A stretch of 64,000 nt of DNA from Paragordius varius (Eukaryota > Animalia > Nematomorpha). The translations under genes and the position numbers were made by a program. The stretch lies in the NCBI GenBank assembly GCA_964247055.1, contig OZ176052.1, forward strand, positions 682,001 to 746,000, read 5' to 3'. Positions 13,030 through 26,171 of this stretch are shown here, in pieces. Each line of letters begins with the position of its first letter. Position 1 is the stretch's first letter. The notes beneath the pieces were generated by a model. The model ran no database searches, was not told the DNA's origin, and saw nothing but the letters and a program-made list of their open reading frames with translations.

Positions 13030-13268
13030 TTATTGGCCGCCCGTTATTCGTTTTCTAGCGGTTTCTTGGTATTCGTGGATGTGAGCTAGCACCCAGCATG
13101 GATAAGCTAAAATCCCACCCGTCATAAAAACAAACATTAAATTTTTTTCCTAAAATTAATTAAAAATAGTAATTATACCCATTGATGAATAACTCTCTTG
13201 GGCGGAATTATAGTGTAAAATCCACTAGCACATCGTTTAGGGATAAGGTTGAGCGATCTCGCAAACAT
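13030..13268 (-). CDS. COX8: Cytochrome c oxidase subunit VIII precursor
   Basis: Exons 13179-13268 and 13030-13149, 29 nt GT-AG intron; MFARSLNLIPKRCASGFYTIIPPKRVIHQWEKNLMFVFMTGGILAYPCWVLAHIHEYQETARKRITGGQ; basic presequence, PP..EK, single TM with P-x-WVL-x-H-x-x-x-Y. Confidence 0.8.
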
Positions 13269-13699
13269 GTGTTCTTCAATGAATAAAGTAATACTACTGA
13301 TATTTTGAGGGAAAAAACATGAAAAATATATTGTTCATGTTAAATCTATTGTATATTATTTCCATGTAAATATTCTTTTTATTATTATATACTATCAGAA
13401 TCTTTAGTATTTTCTATCCTAAATTACTTCCACATCCCCTATAAGGGCCTTATAAATTGTGTTTTTGAGGGCATTTATAAGACTTTATTTAAAGTCATGT
13501 ATCCTTTCTTTTATCAAATATTTGTGGGTATAGAAAAACATAAAGATACATGACTAAAATTTTAAGACGATTACATTTGGAAGAAGTTTCGTACACCATA
13601 ACATAAATTGGTTGTTATATCAGTTTTTAAATGTTTTTTGGGTTATAATTTATATGGCACTGTATCATCAAAAAAATAACTTTATGAATTATATATTTG

Positions 13700-15420
13700 A
13701 TAGGAAAATGTATCAGGATTATTAAAGACCCTTGGTTTTGAATCTATAGAGTTATGTAAGAAAGTCATCTACACTTTTGTGGCAAGTGCATGAGCACATT
13801 TTTTGTATTCTTTTGATGCCTTGCTTTCCAAAAAATATCACTATAATATATGATAATATTCTATGAAAAAAATATAATTTTTGGTTGTGGGCTCCAGAAA
13901 TTATAATATTGATCTTCCAAAATTGGCTACTTTTAAAAAAAGCGAAAATATACTAAGATTGCGCGAATAAATCTAAATATATGCTAAAAAGGAAAATATT
14001 TAAAAATAAACTTTTTACAGAAATTTAACTTTTAACAAAGTTTTGTTGATGCGTACTTTATACTATTTTAAGGCAAGATGGAAACGGTATAACTAATTAT
14101 TACACTTTTTCAATATAACATGCTGAACATTTTTATCATCTATTTTAGATATTTGTTTGTCCTTAAAATGATGCAATCAAATTTGTGTTTTTTACAAAAA
14201 TTTATCTAAGTTTTAAAGCAAAAGAATCTCAAAATTTCTGAAGCGAGAAATGTTTATTGTCAAATTATATAGAAAGGGTGTGTTAATATATAAAAGCGTT
14301 TCTACATCGTTTCCATTATCCCGGATAGTAAAAACGCTTCAGAAACATTTTGCTAAGAATTTTTTATACATTTCTTAAAATTTTCTTATGTCAAAATTTA
14401 GAATATATTTAAAATTATCACGCAATCTAACATATTTGCATGAACACTTGAATACAACACATTCATTTTAATCCTTCGATTCAAATAGGTGGAGTTAAAT
14501 ACCCCAGGCCTCTTTAAATTTTTTGAAAAATATGAAAGGAATCGAAACCATGAATTCATTATATAACATAAATAAACTGTTATTATAATTTTTTTCAGCT
14601 TAAACCGAAAGTAGAAAATTAATCAACGGGACACGTATTCTCTTTCTATCAATTTAAATGTATTTTAAGTAAAATATTACCTTTATTTTAACCCTTATAA
14701 CACTTGGATACAAGACTTTCATTTCAGTTCTTCGATTCAAATTGGGGTAGTTGGATACCACAGGCCTGTTTAAAATTAAATAATTTAAAAAATTATAGAA
14801 GGAATTGTAGCAAAATATTGCACCTATATAACATTGATAAACCGAAATATATAAAAAAAATTATTCAAAAATACTTGATATTTCTTTTTCAATGTAAAAC
14901 CCCAAAGGTAAAAATTTGGTTAGCATATGTGCTTTGGGTAAATTGAATTTTACAAAATAAACCACTTTTAATTTCTATCAATGTTAGATATAATTTAAAT
15001 AGAAATTTTTCTGTAATTTTAGCTTAGAATCAAATAAACACGATATTTTGCAAATTTTTTGAAAATATAATTAGCATCCAAGTAGTTTGACATGGAACTT
15101 TTTTTTAAAACAAAATTTATTTTGGTTTTTTTATTTAATTTTTATTAGGATAGAAGCATAAATTTTGGGACTGTTTCCTTAAGTAGTATTGTAGAAATAT
15201 TTAAATTTAGTCTGTGGTATTTAGATACCCTAATTTATATCATCTTTATTTAAAATAAACTACCAAATTTGGGTTCGGAGCCCATATCTAAACGACATAT
15301 TTAGAAGATAATGTTTTGCTTTTTATAAGCAATTTATGATATATTTTAGTTGTTTTTTGAAATAAAACGTTTGGTTTTCACAAAAAAAACCTTTTTAAAA
15401 ATTATATGGATTATTTACCA
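13700..15420. mobile_element. Older repeat, also at about 30090-30790, interrupted here by family C MITEs
   Basis: Collinear shared blocks gataggaaaatgtatcaggattat, aaattta-c-aa-ttttaaagcaaa, ttcggagccca-atctaaa. Confidence 0.55.
14701..15236. mobile_element. MITE family C (TTAA-type, piggyBac-like)
   Basis: cacttggatacaa ... ggggtagttggatacc ... gtatttagataccc; partial copy just upstream at 14447-14690. Confidence 0.75.
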
Positions 15421-16556
15421 CAAAAGTCCTGGGGTAGTTTTAATCCCGAACCATTTGTTTAAATCTTAAAAAATAAAAGGTATTAAGATAAATTAGGTAT
15501 ATGCTTTATTTAGCCTTTTAGGCACATTTAAAAAAAAACTTTTTCAATAAATTTAAAATTGTATAATCCTTATCTTCTTTTTTGTCCCATTTCTTCTTAT
15601 AACTTTATTATAGCCAATACAACAGGCATATATTATGGTTTATATATTTAATTGACCTCAAAATGTTTTCAAGCTAGATTTTACAAGCAAATAGATATAC
15701 TTTAAATAGAAGATTAAATTTTAATTGAAATTATCAAAACAGTAGTTTATTTACATGAGCTCTGATACATAAAACTATCCCTAGTAAAATACAAAAAGTC
15801 AAAAGATAAGGAAGTATTAAATACATAGTGCGTGACAGATTTCTCCTCTTATCATACAAAACTTATTTTACCAATCAACAAATCAATCCAATTAAACTCT
15901 ATTTTAATATAAAACAACATTTTATAATTATCTAAATCATCTTTAAATTTTTTAAACATTGAATGTTTAACACTTTGATGCTAATCATAATATTTCTATC
16001 TAGGGATAGTTGACCACTATTGGCCTGTTTAAGATTTAAATCTTATAATATATAATATGTAAACTATAAAAATTTTACAAAGTTAATATTATATAACATT
16101 GGTGCCGGGTGTTTCAAGATGATTTAATATAACTTTTTTTATGGATGAACCTAAAACAAACATTTAGACAACATTTAACGAGTATTTTTGTTGAATGCGC
16201 ATCAAACCATTTTTTGTCAATAACGGATTTACTTAATTTGAGTGGTGGAATCTAAAAAACACGATTATTTGCCTAAAATGTGTAAATTAATATAGCATCA
16301 AAATAGTTTGAGGTAGAATATTTTTGACCAAATACTTTTTATTTATATTATTCTCATTTAGAAGAGCGAAAAATTGAGACCCTTTGAGTAGCAATTTATA
16401 AGCTGGGGGCTAAACAAATTTGTAAAAAATATTCTAACGTAATTCCTTCATTTATTTTTATACTATATGGCACTACTTAAAAAGTGAATATATATTTTTT
16501 GCATTTGCCTTTATTATACATTGAAAAGTAAGAAAACACCTTACATTACTCATTAA

Positions 16557-16661
16557 CACTTCCATTCAAAATAGGGTATCTAAATATCCCAGACTAAATT
16601 TAAGTTAATATTTTAAAACTACCGAAGGAAACAGTATCAATTTAAAATTATGCTTCTATCC

Positions 16662-16692
<31 letters not shown>

Positions 16693-17093
16693 GCTAAAAA
16701 TCTAAATACAATTTCGTTTTGAATAAAAAGTTCCATGTCAAACTACATCGACGCAATTTTTTATTACAATTTGCAAAAAAATTAAAGTTAATTTTTAAAT
16801 CACATGTAACATATACAAATTGAAAAATGGTTTATTTTGAATCAATTTTCAATTCAGCCAATGCACACATGTCAAGTTGACTAAATTTTTACCCTTATTT
16901 ATCTTAAAATAAGCAATATCAAGTATTTTAGAATTCGTTTTTTATACAATCCGATTTATCATTGTATAAATGCAAAATTTTGCAATGGTTTCAATTCCTT
17001 CCATATTTTATAGAGTATTTAATTTTAAATAGGTTTGGGGTATCAATCTGCCCCAATATAAATAAAAGGACTAAATTGAATGTGTTCCAAGTG
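16557..17093. mobile_element. MITE family C with intact TTAA flanks
   Basis: TTAA-cacttcca ... ttccaagtg-TTAA; subterminal gggtatctaaatatccc. Confidence 0.85.
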
Positions 17094-17608
17094 TTAAACT
17101 TAGGGATTAAAAAATCACAGCGGTGTGTAAACAAAAAACATCGAACAATTTTGTCTCGTTTGATTACAAAACTTCTAAGTTAATAAGCCCAAACCAATAC
17201 TCCGCATGAATAAATACAGGTATTATTCATGAGCTTGTAATGATTTATTCTTCCGCAAAATGCTAATAACCATAACGATATCCCTTCGAGTCAAAATTTA
17301 ATTTTTTGAAATTTGTTGTAATATAATTGGTTTTTCTTTCATTGTCCATATATTAATGTGGTATACAATCTTCGAGCGTTTGTGACATCTGAGGCATTAA
17401 TCCTGTATGTCGTGCCCTATTTGTTGCTAAGTGTCAAACTTTTCATCATGAAGAATGATTAAAAAAGCTTAATTTGGCACCCGATTTATGACGCTCGTAT
17501 CCTTCTCCTTTAAACCCCATTTGTTTGCCCAATAATATTATTTACTTTATACATAGGATATATGATATGTTGCTTTTTAAAACTTTTTTGGTTTTATGTT
17601 ATATTTAA

Positions 17609-18113
17609 CACTTCCATTTAAATTGGGGTATCTAAATACCCCAGGCTATATTTAAGTTGAAATTTTAATAAACTACTAAAAGAAACGGTCCTAATTTAAA
17701 TTTATACTAATATCTAAATAAAATATTGTTTTGAAAAAAAAAGTTTCATGTCGATGCCATTTTTATTTTGCAACATTTTTGCAAAATATCGTGTTTATTT
17801 GATTTTAAAGCTAAAATAAAAGCTTAATTTTTAATTATCACATCCAACATTGATAGAAACAAAAAGACTGTATTTTGTATTGTTTTTAAATTAAGCTAAG
17901 GCACACATGTCATGTTAAATTTTTATTTTGAGGTTTTACCTTAAAATGAGTTATATCAAGTATTTTTGAATAAAATTTTTCATTTCGGTTCATTAATGTT
18001 ATAAATGTGCAAATTTTTTGGTTTAAATTCATTACATTCTTTTTGAATCAGTTAATTTTAAACATGGGGTATCCAACTACCCCGATTTGAATTAAAGGAC
18101 TGAAATGAACGTG
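17609..18113. mobile_element. MITE family C
   Basis: TTAA-cacttccattt, ggggtatctaaatacccc and ggggtatccaactacccc. Confidence 0.8.
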
Positions 18114-18524
18114 TTGCATCCAATAAAAAAATTTAAGCATTTATGGTGGAATGTTATAAATACATCTTCGTAAAAAAATATGTTATAGTTTGATTTTAAT
18201 TTGTTCTTAAAAAATTTATTTTAAATTTGAAAACACAAAACTCTTTTCTCTAATTAAAATTAATGATTGACCATCGATTTAAAAGTGTTCGAAGGTAATA
18301 AGAGCTGACTTGCGCAATTACGATAGGTTTGTTAAAAAGCCAGTACTTATATATAATTATCACAAGTTAATTTACATAAAATAATTCAATGAAACTTGGA
18401 TACCTGGATATTTCTGACAATTATGTATCAAGAAAAGAGTGTAGCAGACCCACGTTGCTAATGTCTGCGCATCCCTTGCTCCATATAGTGTTATATAAAA
18501 GCCATTTAAATTCTAGCAATTCAT

Positions 18525-18646
18525 ATTACGACCATATCACGTTGAAAGCACCGGTTCCCTTCCGAACACCGAAGTTAAGCAAAGTTGAGCCCGGTTAGTA
18601 CTTGGATGGGTGACCGCCTGGGATTCCCGGGTGTCGTAATTTTTTT
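18525..18646 (+). rRNA. 5S rRNA gene, single copy
   Basis: ATTACGAC/GTCGTAAT terminal helix, conserved AGTACTTGGATGGGTGACCGCCTGGGA internal control region, T-run terminator, TATAAAA near -30. Confidence 0.9.
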
Positions 18647-19175
18647 ATAAATTTATATTTAAATTTAATTTTCAAAAAATTTAAATTTACTTGTTCATTT
18701 TTTCTTTTATAACCGATTAAAAGATTCATATAATTAATAAAAGTAAGTTAACAGTATTTTTCATTTGCTTTTATGTCCTAATGTTAAAGTTCAAATTTTA
18801 ATATTTATTATAAATTATTTGTGAAAAATTTATTTTTTGATCGGCTGATGTCGCCATAATTTTTTTGGGGTAACCCAGGTTATTTAGTTAAGATCATAAC
18901 ATGTGGCCTCAAAGGCAGACTAATGCATATTCTATCAAAATATATATATTTATAAATAATTATCCATAATTCTCAAAAGGTTTTAGATTTTTTTGGTTAT
19001 TAATCATTTTAAAAATATTGACTTTACCCATAAACTGAAAATCGCAAACTTAGCGCACTTATGTAAAATACAGAATGCGTTTTAATGGTTAGTAGGGCAT
19101 TAATTAACACAGGAGTGTATGTAAAAAAGAAAGGAAACAAATTTATTTAACATTTAGTTGTTTTTTTATTTTATA

Positions 19176-19351
19176 CAGTATGATTTTAATGGTTGCTTAT
19201 TTCACACTATAGTAGGGCAATTTTAACAGAGGAGTGTATGTAAAAAATAAAGGAAATAATTGTTTATCAACATTTTGTCGTTTTTTTTTCAATATACTAC
19301 TGTGTGATTGTCCAAGTATAGTGTGAAATAGGACCATTAAAATGCATACTA
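19176..19351. mobile_element. MITE family D (TA-CAGTATGCATTTTAATGG)
   Basis: TIR cagtatgattttaatggttgcttatttcacactata / tatagtgtgaaataggaccattaaaatgcatact; partial copy at 19071-19170. Confidence 0.8.
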
Positions 19352-19907
19352 TAATTGTTTGGTAAAATATAAAAGTTTATATCAAATTATATCAAAACGC
19401 TTCTTTTAGCATAAAGTGAGTGTCCCTAATACAAACTCAAACCAATACTAATATAAAATATTTGGAAATACGAAATGTTCAACTTTAATATTAAAGTCAA
19501 AAGATATATTTTATGATATAAAAAAACAGACTCTCCGAGATAAAATGTAAAATATAAAATAAATTATATAATTTATTTTATATAAGATATATTATTTTAT
19601 CAATAAAATTTCAGCTATTATATCACAGAACAAATATTTCAATCATCATCAACTGAATAAAAATAAATTTTTTTAATGAATTAAATAAAATAAATATGAT
19701 ATTAAGATTATTGCACATATCTGACTAGAGGATGTTGATAACTTTGCGAAGGTAAGTAGTTATAAGAGATATTCTCCGGTAGTTGGCTTTACATTAAGGG
19801 TATTTTTTTATAATAATAAAGTCCATAAAAATTGAATAATTGGTAAAAATTCCATATTTTATACCATTTTTATCAGGATAATTTATGATATTTTAGTCAT
19901 GAATTAA

Positions 19908-22900
19908 CTATCTAGTGGGTGAAGCTTTATTGTTTGGCTCTTCAGCTTTTCGTTTAGGTGTTAAACTATATTTTTCGGGCAAGAATAGATTTGAATCTGA
20001 CAATTCTTCAATATTCTTGTCATGTTCCACATCGTTTCTTTCATTAAAGATTAACCATTTATTATTGGAGTTTGCATTCGTAATATCAGACGTGTTTTTT
20101 GAAATGTTTTTATTTAAGGCAGAGTTCTTTTCATTAAACATGATATTTGAGCCATATATGAGGTCCGTTGTTAAGTAATTTGTGGATTTGCTATCATTGT
20201 TTAAAGGCGAATTCGCGTTTTCTTTTCCCTCATTTTCGGGAAAAATTAAATGTCCATTAGATGAGATTTTATTGTTGTTTCGATATCTAAATGTATATAA
20301 AAACTATAAAAGTGAATTAATATGGCTATCCATCGGTTTAAATTACAGTGAATAAGCATACATTGAAAGTTTGCATATTGCCAGAAACCATATTCGATCA
20401 AGGAGATTAAAGTTATTTTTTACTAACTTTTTAATGCCATTATTAGTCAATACTTAGCTGTATATTCTATCTAGCAATATTTAATACAAAAACACTATCA
20501 ATATATTATTCATACTGTATTTATGTTAAATTAAATTTTAAATTAAAATTTTACGCATATGGTATATGGCTTTCTTCTTTGTGAGAATGCCCATGTTCAC
20601 CATCAACCAAAATATCCAACAGGTCATCCGTTTGTCGATTAAATGCATTACACTGATGATGGTTAGCATTGAATCGGGAAGGCGGTATTTCACGGCTAAA
20701 TACCTTATGAGGACTGTTTGATAGTAAACTTTGTCTTAGGGCTAAGACCTGTTGTTGTTGTAACATCATCTGAACATTTATGTCTTTGGATATGTTTGAT
20801 GAACTATTAACATGTGCCCCTAAATTATTATCAGGGTTGCTTTCATTAGCGTATAAGCATGTTAAGCTTCCAGTTTGCCGGGCTCGCTCAAGGGCTTCGC
20901 GTCTTTTTAACGCCTTTTCCCTCCTCAGTTGATTCTTGTAAAATTCGGCAAAATTGTTAACTATGATGGGTATGGGTAGGGCTATAACCAGCACACCACA
21001 TATACAACAAATGCTTCCAACAATTTTTCCCAGCACGGTTTCTGGATAAATGTCACCATAGCCCACGGTTGTCATGGTAATGCTGGCCCACCAAAATGTT
21101 TCAGGGATACTTCTAAACTTTGTCCCCGGTTCATCTTTCTCAGCAAAGTAAGCCAGAGAACTAAACACTAGTATCCCGATGGCTAAGAAAAGCATAAGTA
21201 AACCTAACTCTTTGTAACTGTTTTTGAGTGTAAAACCTAGAGATTGAAGGCCAGTCGAATGTCGCGCTAGCTTAAGGATCCTAAGTATTCGCATTATACG
21301 AAAGATTTGAACGACGCGTCTAACATCTTGAAACTGTTCCACACTTTTATTCGACTCGATCAGGAATAAACTAACGTAGTAGGGTAGGATAGCCAACAAG
21401 TCTATAATATTGAGTCCAGACTTAAAAAATTTCCATTTGTTAGGTGAGGCCCAAAACCTTAGGACATATTCCAACGTGAACCAAGCAATACAAATAGCTT
21501 CGACAATAGCTAACGCCCGGTTATCTTTAACGTGGCCTTTGGCGTCGTGTTCTTGCAAACCGGGTAGCGTGTTGAGCGTCAAAGCGATCGTTGACAAAGC
21601 GATAAATGCGATTGAGATAATGACTAGAATCTAATTGATACAGTGTGGATTAAATAAAAGAGTATTTGTAGTAAAGAAATTTATATTAGGAGGTAAAAAA
21701 ATGAATATTATATTGAAAATAAAAAAGAAACAAAGGGCCATGGTGCACGAGTAAGCACAACCATCCCCCATAAAATAATAATTATTTTTTACTATTATTT
21801 AATAATTAAGGGAAAGAATATTACGTAGTAGTATGATATTATATACACAATAAATGCCCTTCCTTTCCTTTTTTTCTTTCACTAAAGTAAAAAAATAATT
21901 ATTTGATGGGCATGGTAATGCTTACTCGTGCACCATGGCCCTTTTCTTATTTATTTTCATTAATATTCATTTTTTTACTCCTAATATTAATTTCTTTACT
22001 ACAAATATTCTTTTAAGTAATAAATATCAAATATTGATAAATATGTTTAAAAAATCGGCTTGTTCTTGCCCGGTTATCTCCCAGGTTTTTAAATGTTTTG
22101 TTTTTTTACCTAACATTCTGGGAAGAAATAAAAAATAACAATGTTTAAATCGTGGATCGTATACCATGAGGCGTTTAATTATCAGTGCTGAATCTTATTT
22201 AAAGCTTTCATATTGGATGTTTAAAGTCAATAATAAAATTTACTTATAGAGTATCCATATAAGCCATTCAACTCTTTTAATAAGGTCTTATCAAAACAAA
22301 ACCTAAATTGGGCACCGTTAAATATGTTATCAATCAAAATTGGTAGTTATATTAAAAAAGAAATAAACACAACCTTTTTAAAAATTTTAATTTTACATCT
22401 GACACATTCTCAACCAGCCTCATATATTGTAAGTTTTAAAATTGTTATAAAAAGATAAAAAAAATATATTGACAATAATTTAATCATATATATATATATA
22501 TACAGTCATGTATCCTTAATTTTATCAAAAATTTATTTTCTTTCGTTAAATGGGTATAAATATTTATTAAAGAATGGAAAAAAACAAGCTATGGTATTAA
22601 CAATATCATATTCATCAAAAAAATATAAAAATTACCATAGAGCTTTTGTGTTTTCCATTCTTTACCAAATATTTATACCCATTTAACGAAAAAAATAAAT
22701 TTTTGATAAAATAAAAAATACACGACTTATACATATAATATACGTTGGCAGCTTTTGATGTTTCAGGTTTTTCCAACAAATCCCACATCCATTTCTGATA
22801 TGCCGAACACCAACTTTTCTTATGGAATGTTTCATCTTGGCGTTCTTTAAGGCTTTCCGTTTCCTTACGAATTTCATCAAATACATGCTCTTTCTTTTGA

Positions 22901-25900
22901 TGATATCTAATTTATATATATATATATATATATATAAACAGTAAGTAGAAACATAAAGACAAATATTTTAAAAAAACCATACACTTATTTAAACCTTGAT
23001 TTTTCCAACATAAACTACAGTATGAGTAAGTATATATTGCTAGAAAGTTATTAATTTTGACAAATAGAATATACAATAAAGGGCAGTGTTATTGGCTTAT
23101 AGTTATTTTTTTCATTTATACCATTATTAGGCAATAATCCTCTTTGCTTAATATGCTATTTGGCAATAAACAATAACTTTCTTATACTTACATATACTAT
23201 ATTTATTGACAAATTTAAAATACATTTATAAGAGTGTATACATGTCTAACATGTCTGACTCTCATTTGGCAGCCAAACGATAAGTTAAATTAAAAAATAG
23301 GGTTGAAAAGGATGGGAATCTTTTTTAACATATAAAATATTTGTCTTTTACGTTTTTACGGTTTAGTCTATAATTTAAATTTTTACTGTAAGATATTTAT
23401 TTATTGGTTGAAAAAAAAACTTTAAATAAAACCAAGTTTTATAAAAAATTAATTTGTTATAAATATGAAGACGACCTATGCTGACAGCAAGATTCCAAAT
23501 ATAATTCATATTTATTGGTTAAAAAAATAACTTTAAATAAAACAAAATTTTATAAAAATGATACTTATTGGTTGAAAAAAAAACTAGAAATAAACCAAGT
23601 TTTATGAAAAATTAATTTGTTATAAATATGTGGAAGACCTATGTTGACAGCAAGATTTCAAATATAATTCATATTTATTGGTTGAAAAAAAAAACTTTTA
23701 TATAAAACAAAGTTTTGTGAAAAATTAATTTTTTATAAATATTTAGGAGACCTATGTTGACAGCAAGATTCCAAATATAATTCATCTAATCCCCAGTATT
23801 CCAGGTCATCACTGAAAGCTAGGACGCACATCTCATCTACCAGATGAAGTTTTCCTAATTTACATAAATATTAATAAATTTTCGTTTTCTTTTATGAGTG
23901 CCAAAATAGAGAGTGATAAATTTATGATAATTATGATGTTAAAGAAATTGCTGAAAAATGTAATCAATATATGTATATTTAATATATATGATGAATGTTT
24001 CATATCATAAATGCTTCGGAATGTTATTGACCTGCACAAATTTTTTATAAGTTAACAAAAAATATTTAAGATCAATTTGTTGATTAAAAATATTGGAAGA
24101 TAATGTGAAATTCATTTTAAAAGCTGAGAAGGAAATTCATATCTGTAATAATGTAGTTTTGACAATTCAATAAAACCTGTCATTTTATCATTATAATTTT
24201 CATATGTCATGTGTCATAAGATAGTGTTAAATTCTCCTTTAGTTTCCTGTTTTTTATATTTTGTCAATACGATTTTAATTTAAATTATTTTTCTTAACTT
24301 TTTAAAGTTTTACATATTCAATTTGAAATATAGGGCTTACTTACTATATGAAAACATTAGTATACAGTTAAACCTATGATTTTAAACTGAAAATATAAAT
24401 GATGTATGAAACCGTTGGTCAATAGTAATCGCAAACGAGTTTCGTGCTTGTTAGCTTGACTTGGGATATTCATATAATTCGTATATAAACCAACTCTGCA
24501 ATTTTGGTAAAAAAGCAATGAATTTTAAATGAAACTTAATTGACATTTATGAAATCTAACTAAAAATTAATAGTTAATTAACACAAGCTTACCCTAGATT
24601 TTGAGTATATTTCATACATTTCAATTAAGTTTAATTTCAAATTCGTATAACCGACTGCATTTATAGCAAAATTGCAAAGTTGTATAAATATATATATATA
24701 TATATATATATTACGAAATCAATATGTGAAAACTCAAGTCAAATAGTTGTGTCGTAACAAATGAATACCATTGACGAACGGTTTCACTTATCTATATTTT
24801 CAGTTTAATTTTCTATTTGATGTTCGATTTCACAGATTTAACCATCGATAATACAATAACATTATCAATCCGTCATTTACCCTTACATTATATATATACA
24901 GTGCCCTATTTATTTGGCCAATCGGTTATACAGTAACGTATACCAACATGAGTAAAAAAACGTGTTTTAAATTAAATAATAACCGTCATGTAAAATCTAT
25001 AATTGCTTAATAATAATTAGCTAAAAACAAAAATCTTATAAATTTTACATAGAGTTGTTATTAATTTAATACCTGTCCGATAAAAATTAAGAATGGAACC
25101 AAAACTTCGTGGGTGACGATCGAAAAAAAATTCATTCAATTCGAGATCATAATCGTCACAAATGTCCGATAAATTTTGCGCAAATTTTATTTTTTTAGTG
25201 GGAGTGTTTTCTTTGGAGTTGTATTTGGAATTATCATTATAGGGTGAATGGGTTAACTTATTATCATGTGGAGAAGATTTATAATAAGTGGTTTCATTTG
25301 CATCATTGTTTATATGGTGGTCATCTGTGCAAATTGTGTTAAATACAAGTGTTTTCAACCTTCCCAGTCTGGTTCGAGGCATATTTGCTAAAGTTTTCCA
25401 AAGTACTTCATGCCGTGTACCACCAACATTTATTATAACGCGGGTACGGTTTTTACCCAAGCTGAAACTATGCCTTTGATCACTGTAAAGATTATTATAA
25501 TTCGTTCTTATTTGCTTGTACATACCATTGAATGGTGAAATATTTTCCTCATTAGTATCTTTGGGGGCATATCTACACTTTTTCTTAAGTGGATTCTCAG
25601 GTGTGATGTCCTGAGTTAAATATGAGAACAAACTAGTACGTTTATATTGTTGTTTGTTCTTATTACGATTTCCGACGTTTGCCTGCAGAAAACTAAATTT
25701 GTTCCGACCATGATCTATGTTATTATTATAGAATAGGATAGGATATGTATTCCTATGATTATAATAATATTTGGGTTTTATAGGCCTACCATACAAATTT
25801 ACAAATTTGCATGTGGGTCCACTCTTTTTCCTCCTATGTTCAATGATAGAAAATGCATTTTGAATAAAATGCCTTCGCCACACTGCTTTTTTGCTGGAAG

Positions 25901-26171
25901 ATATGGGAATTTTGTTTTCATTCACATCTTGACATGTATAGGGATAATTAAAACCACTACCCCAATAATGTTTCTTGACCGCTGGTTTGAATGAAGCTTT
26001 TTTAGATGAGGGTGAAATCTTTTCAGAGCTAATTTCTTGATTATGTGCCACATTGTTAGTATTTTCTTGGATATTTGTTTTCGGTTCTAATCCATTCTCA
26101 AATATATCATCACTTATATCAATAAATTTGTCCGTTTTGACAACAGAAGGTGTCTTAATTAGCTTGGGCAT
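19908..26171 (-). CDS. Shab: Voltage-gated K+ channel Kv2/Shab
   Basis: Exons 25073-26171 (T1: INVGG, FFFDRHP), 23752-23854 ([21 protein letters not shown]), 22744-22906 (WDLLEKP), 20555-21630 (S4 [23 protein letters not shown]), probable last exon 19908-20286; unspliced form stops at 20551. Confidence 0.95.
23018..23198. mobile_element. MITE family E
   Basis: TA-cagtatgagtaagtatatattgctagaaag with inverted right arm; same family at 32047 and 58045. Confidence 0.7.
23395..23785 (-). repeat. Tandem repeat carrying two extra copies of Kv2 exon 2 3' end plus donor
   Basis: 34 nt copies at 23639-23672 and 23476-23509 of 23752-23785 ([11 protein letters not shown]), one mismatch each, GT intact; period 113 bp. 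Confidence 0.92.

Noticed and set aside
18240-19070. Spliced-leader RNA or other snRNA linked to 5S
   Set aside because: No recognisable SL, Sm-site or snRNA sequence found by eye.
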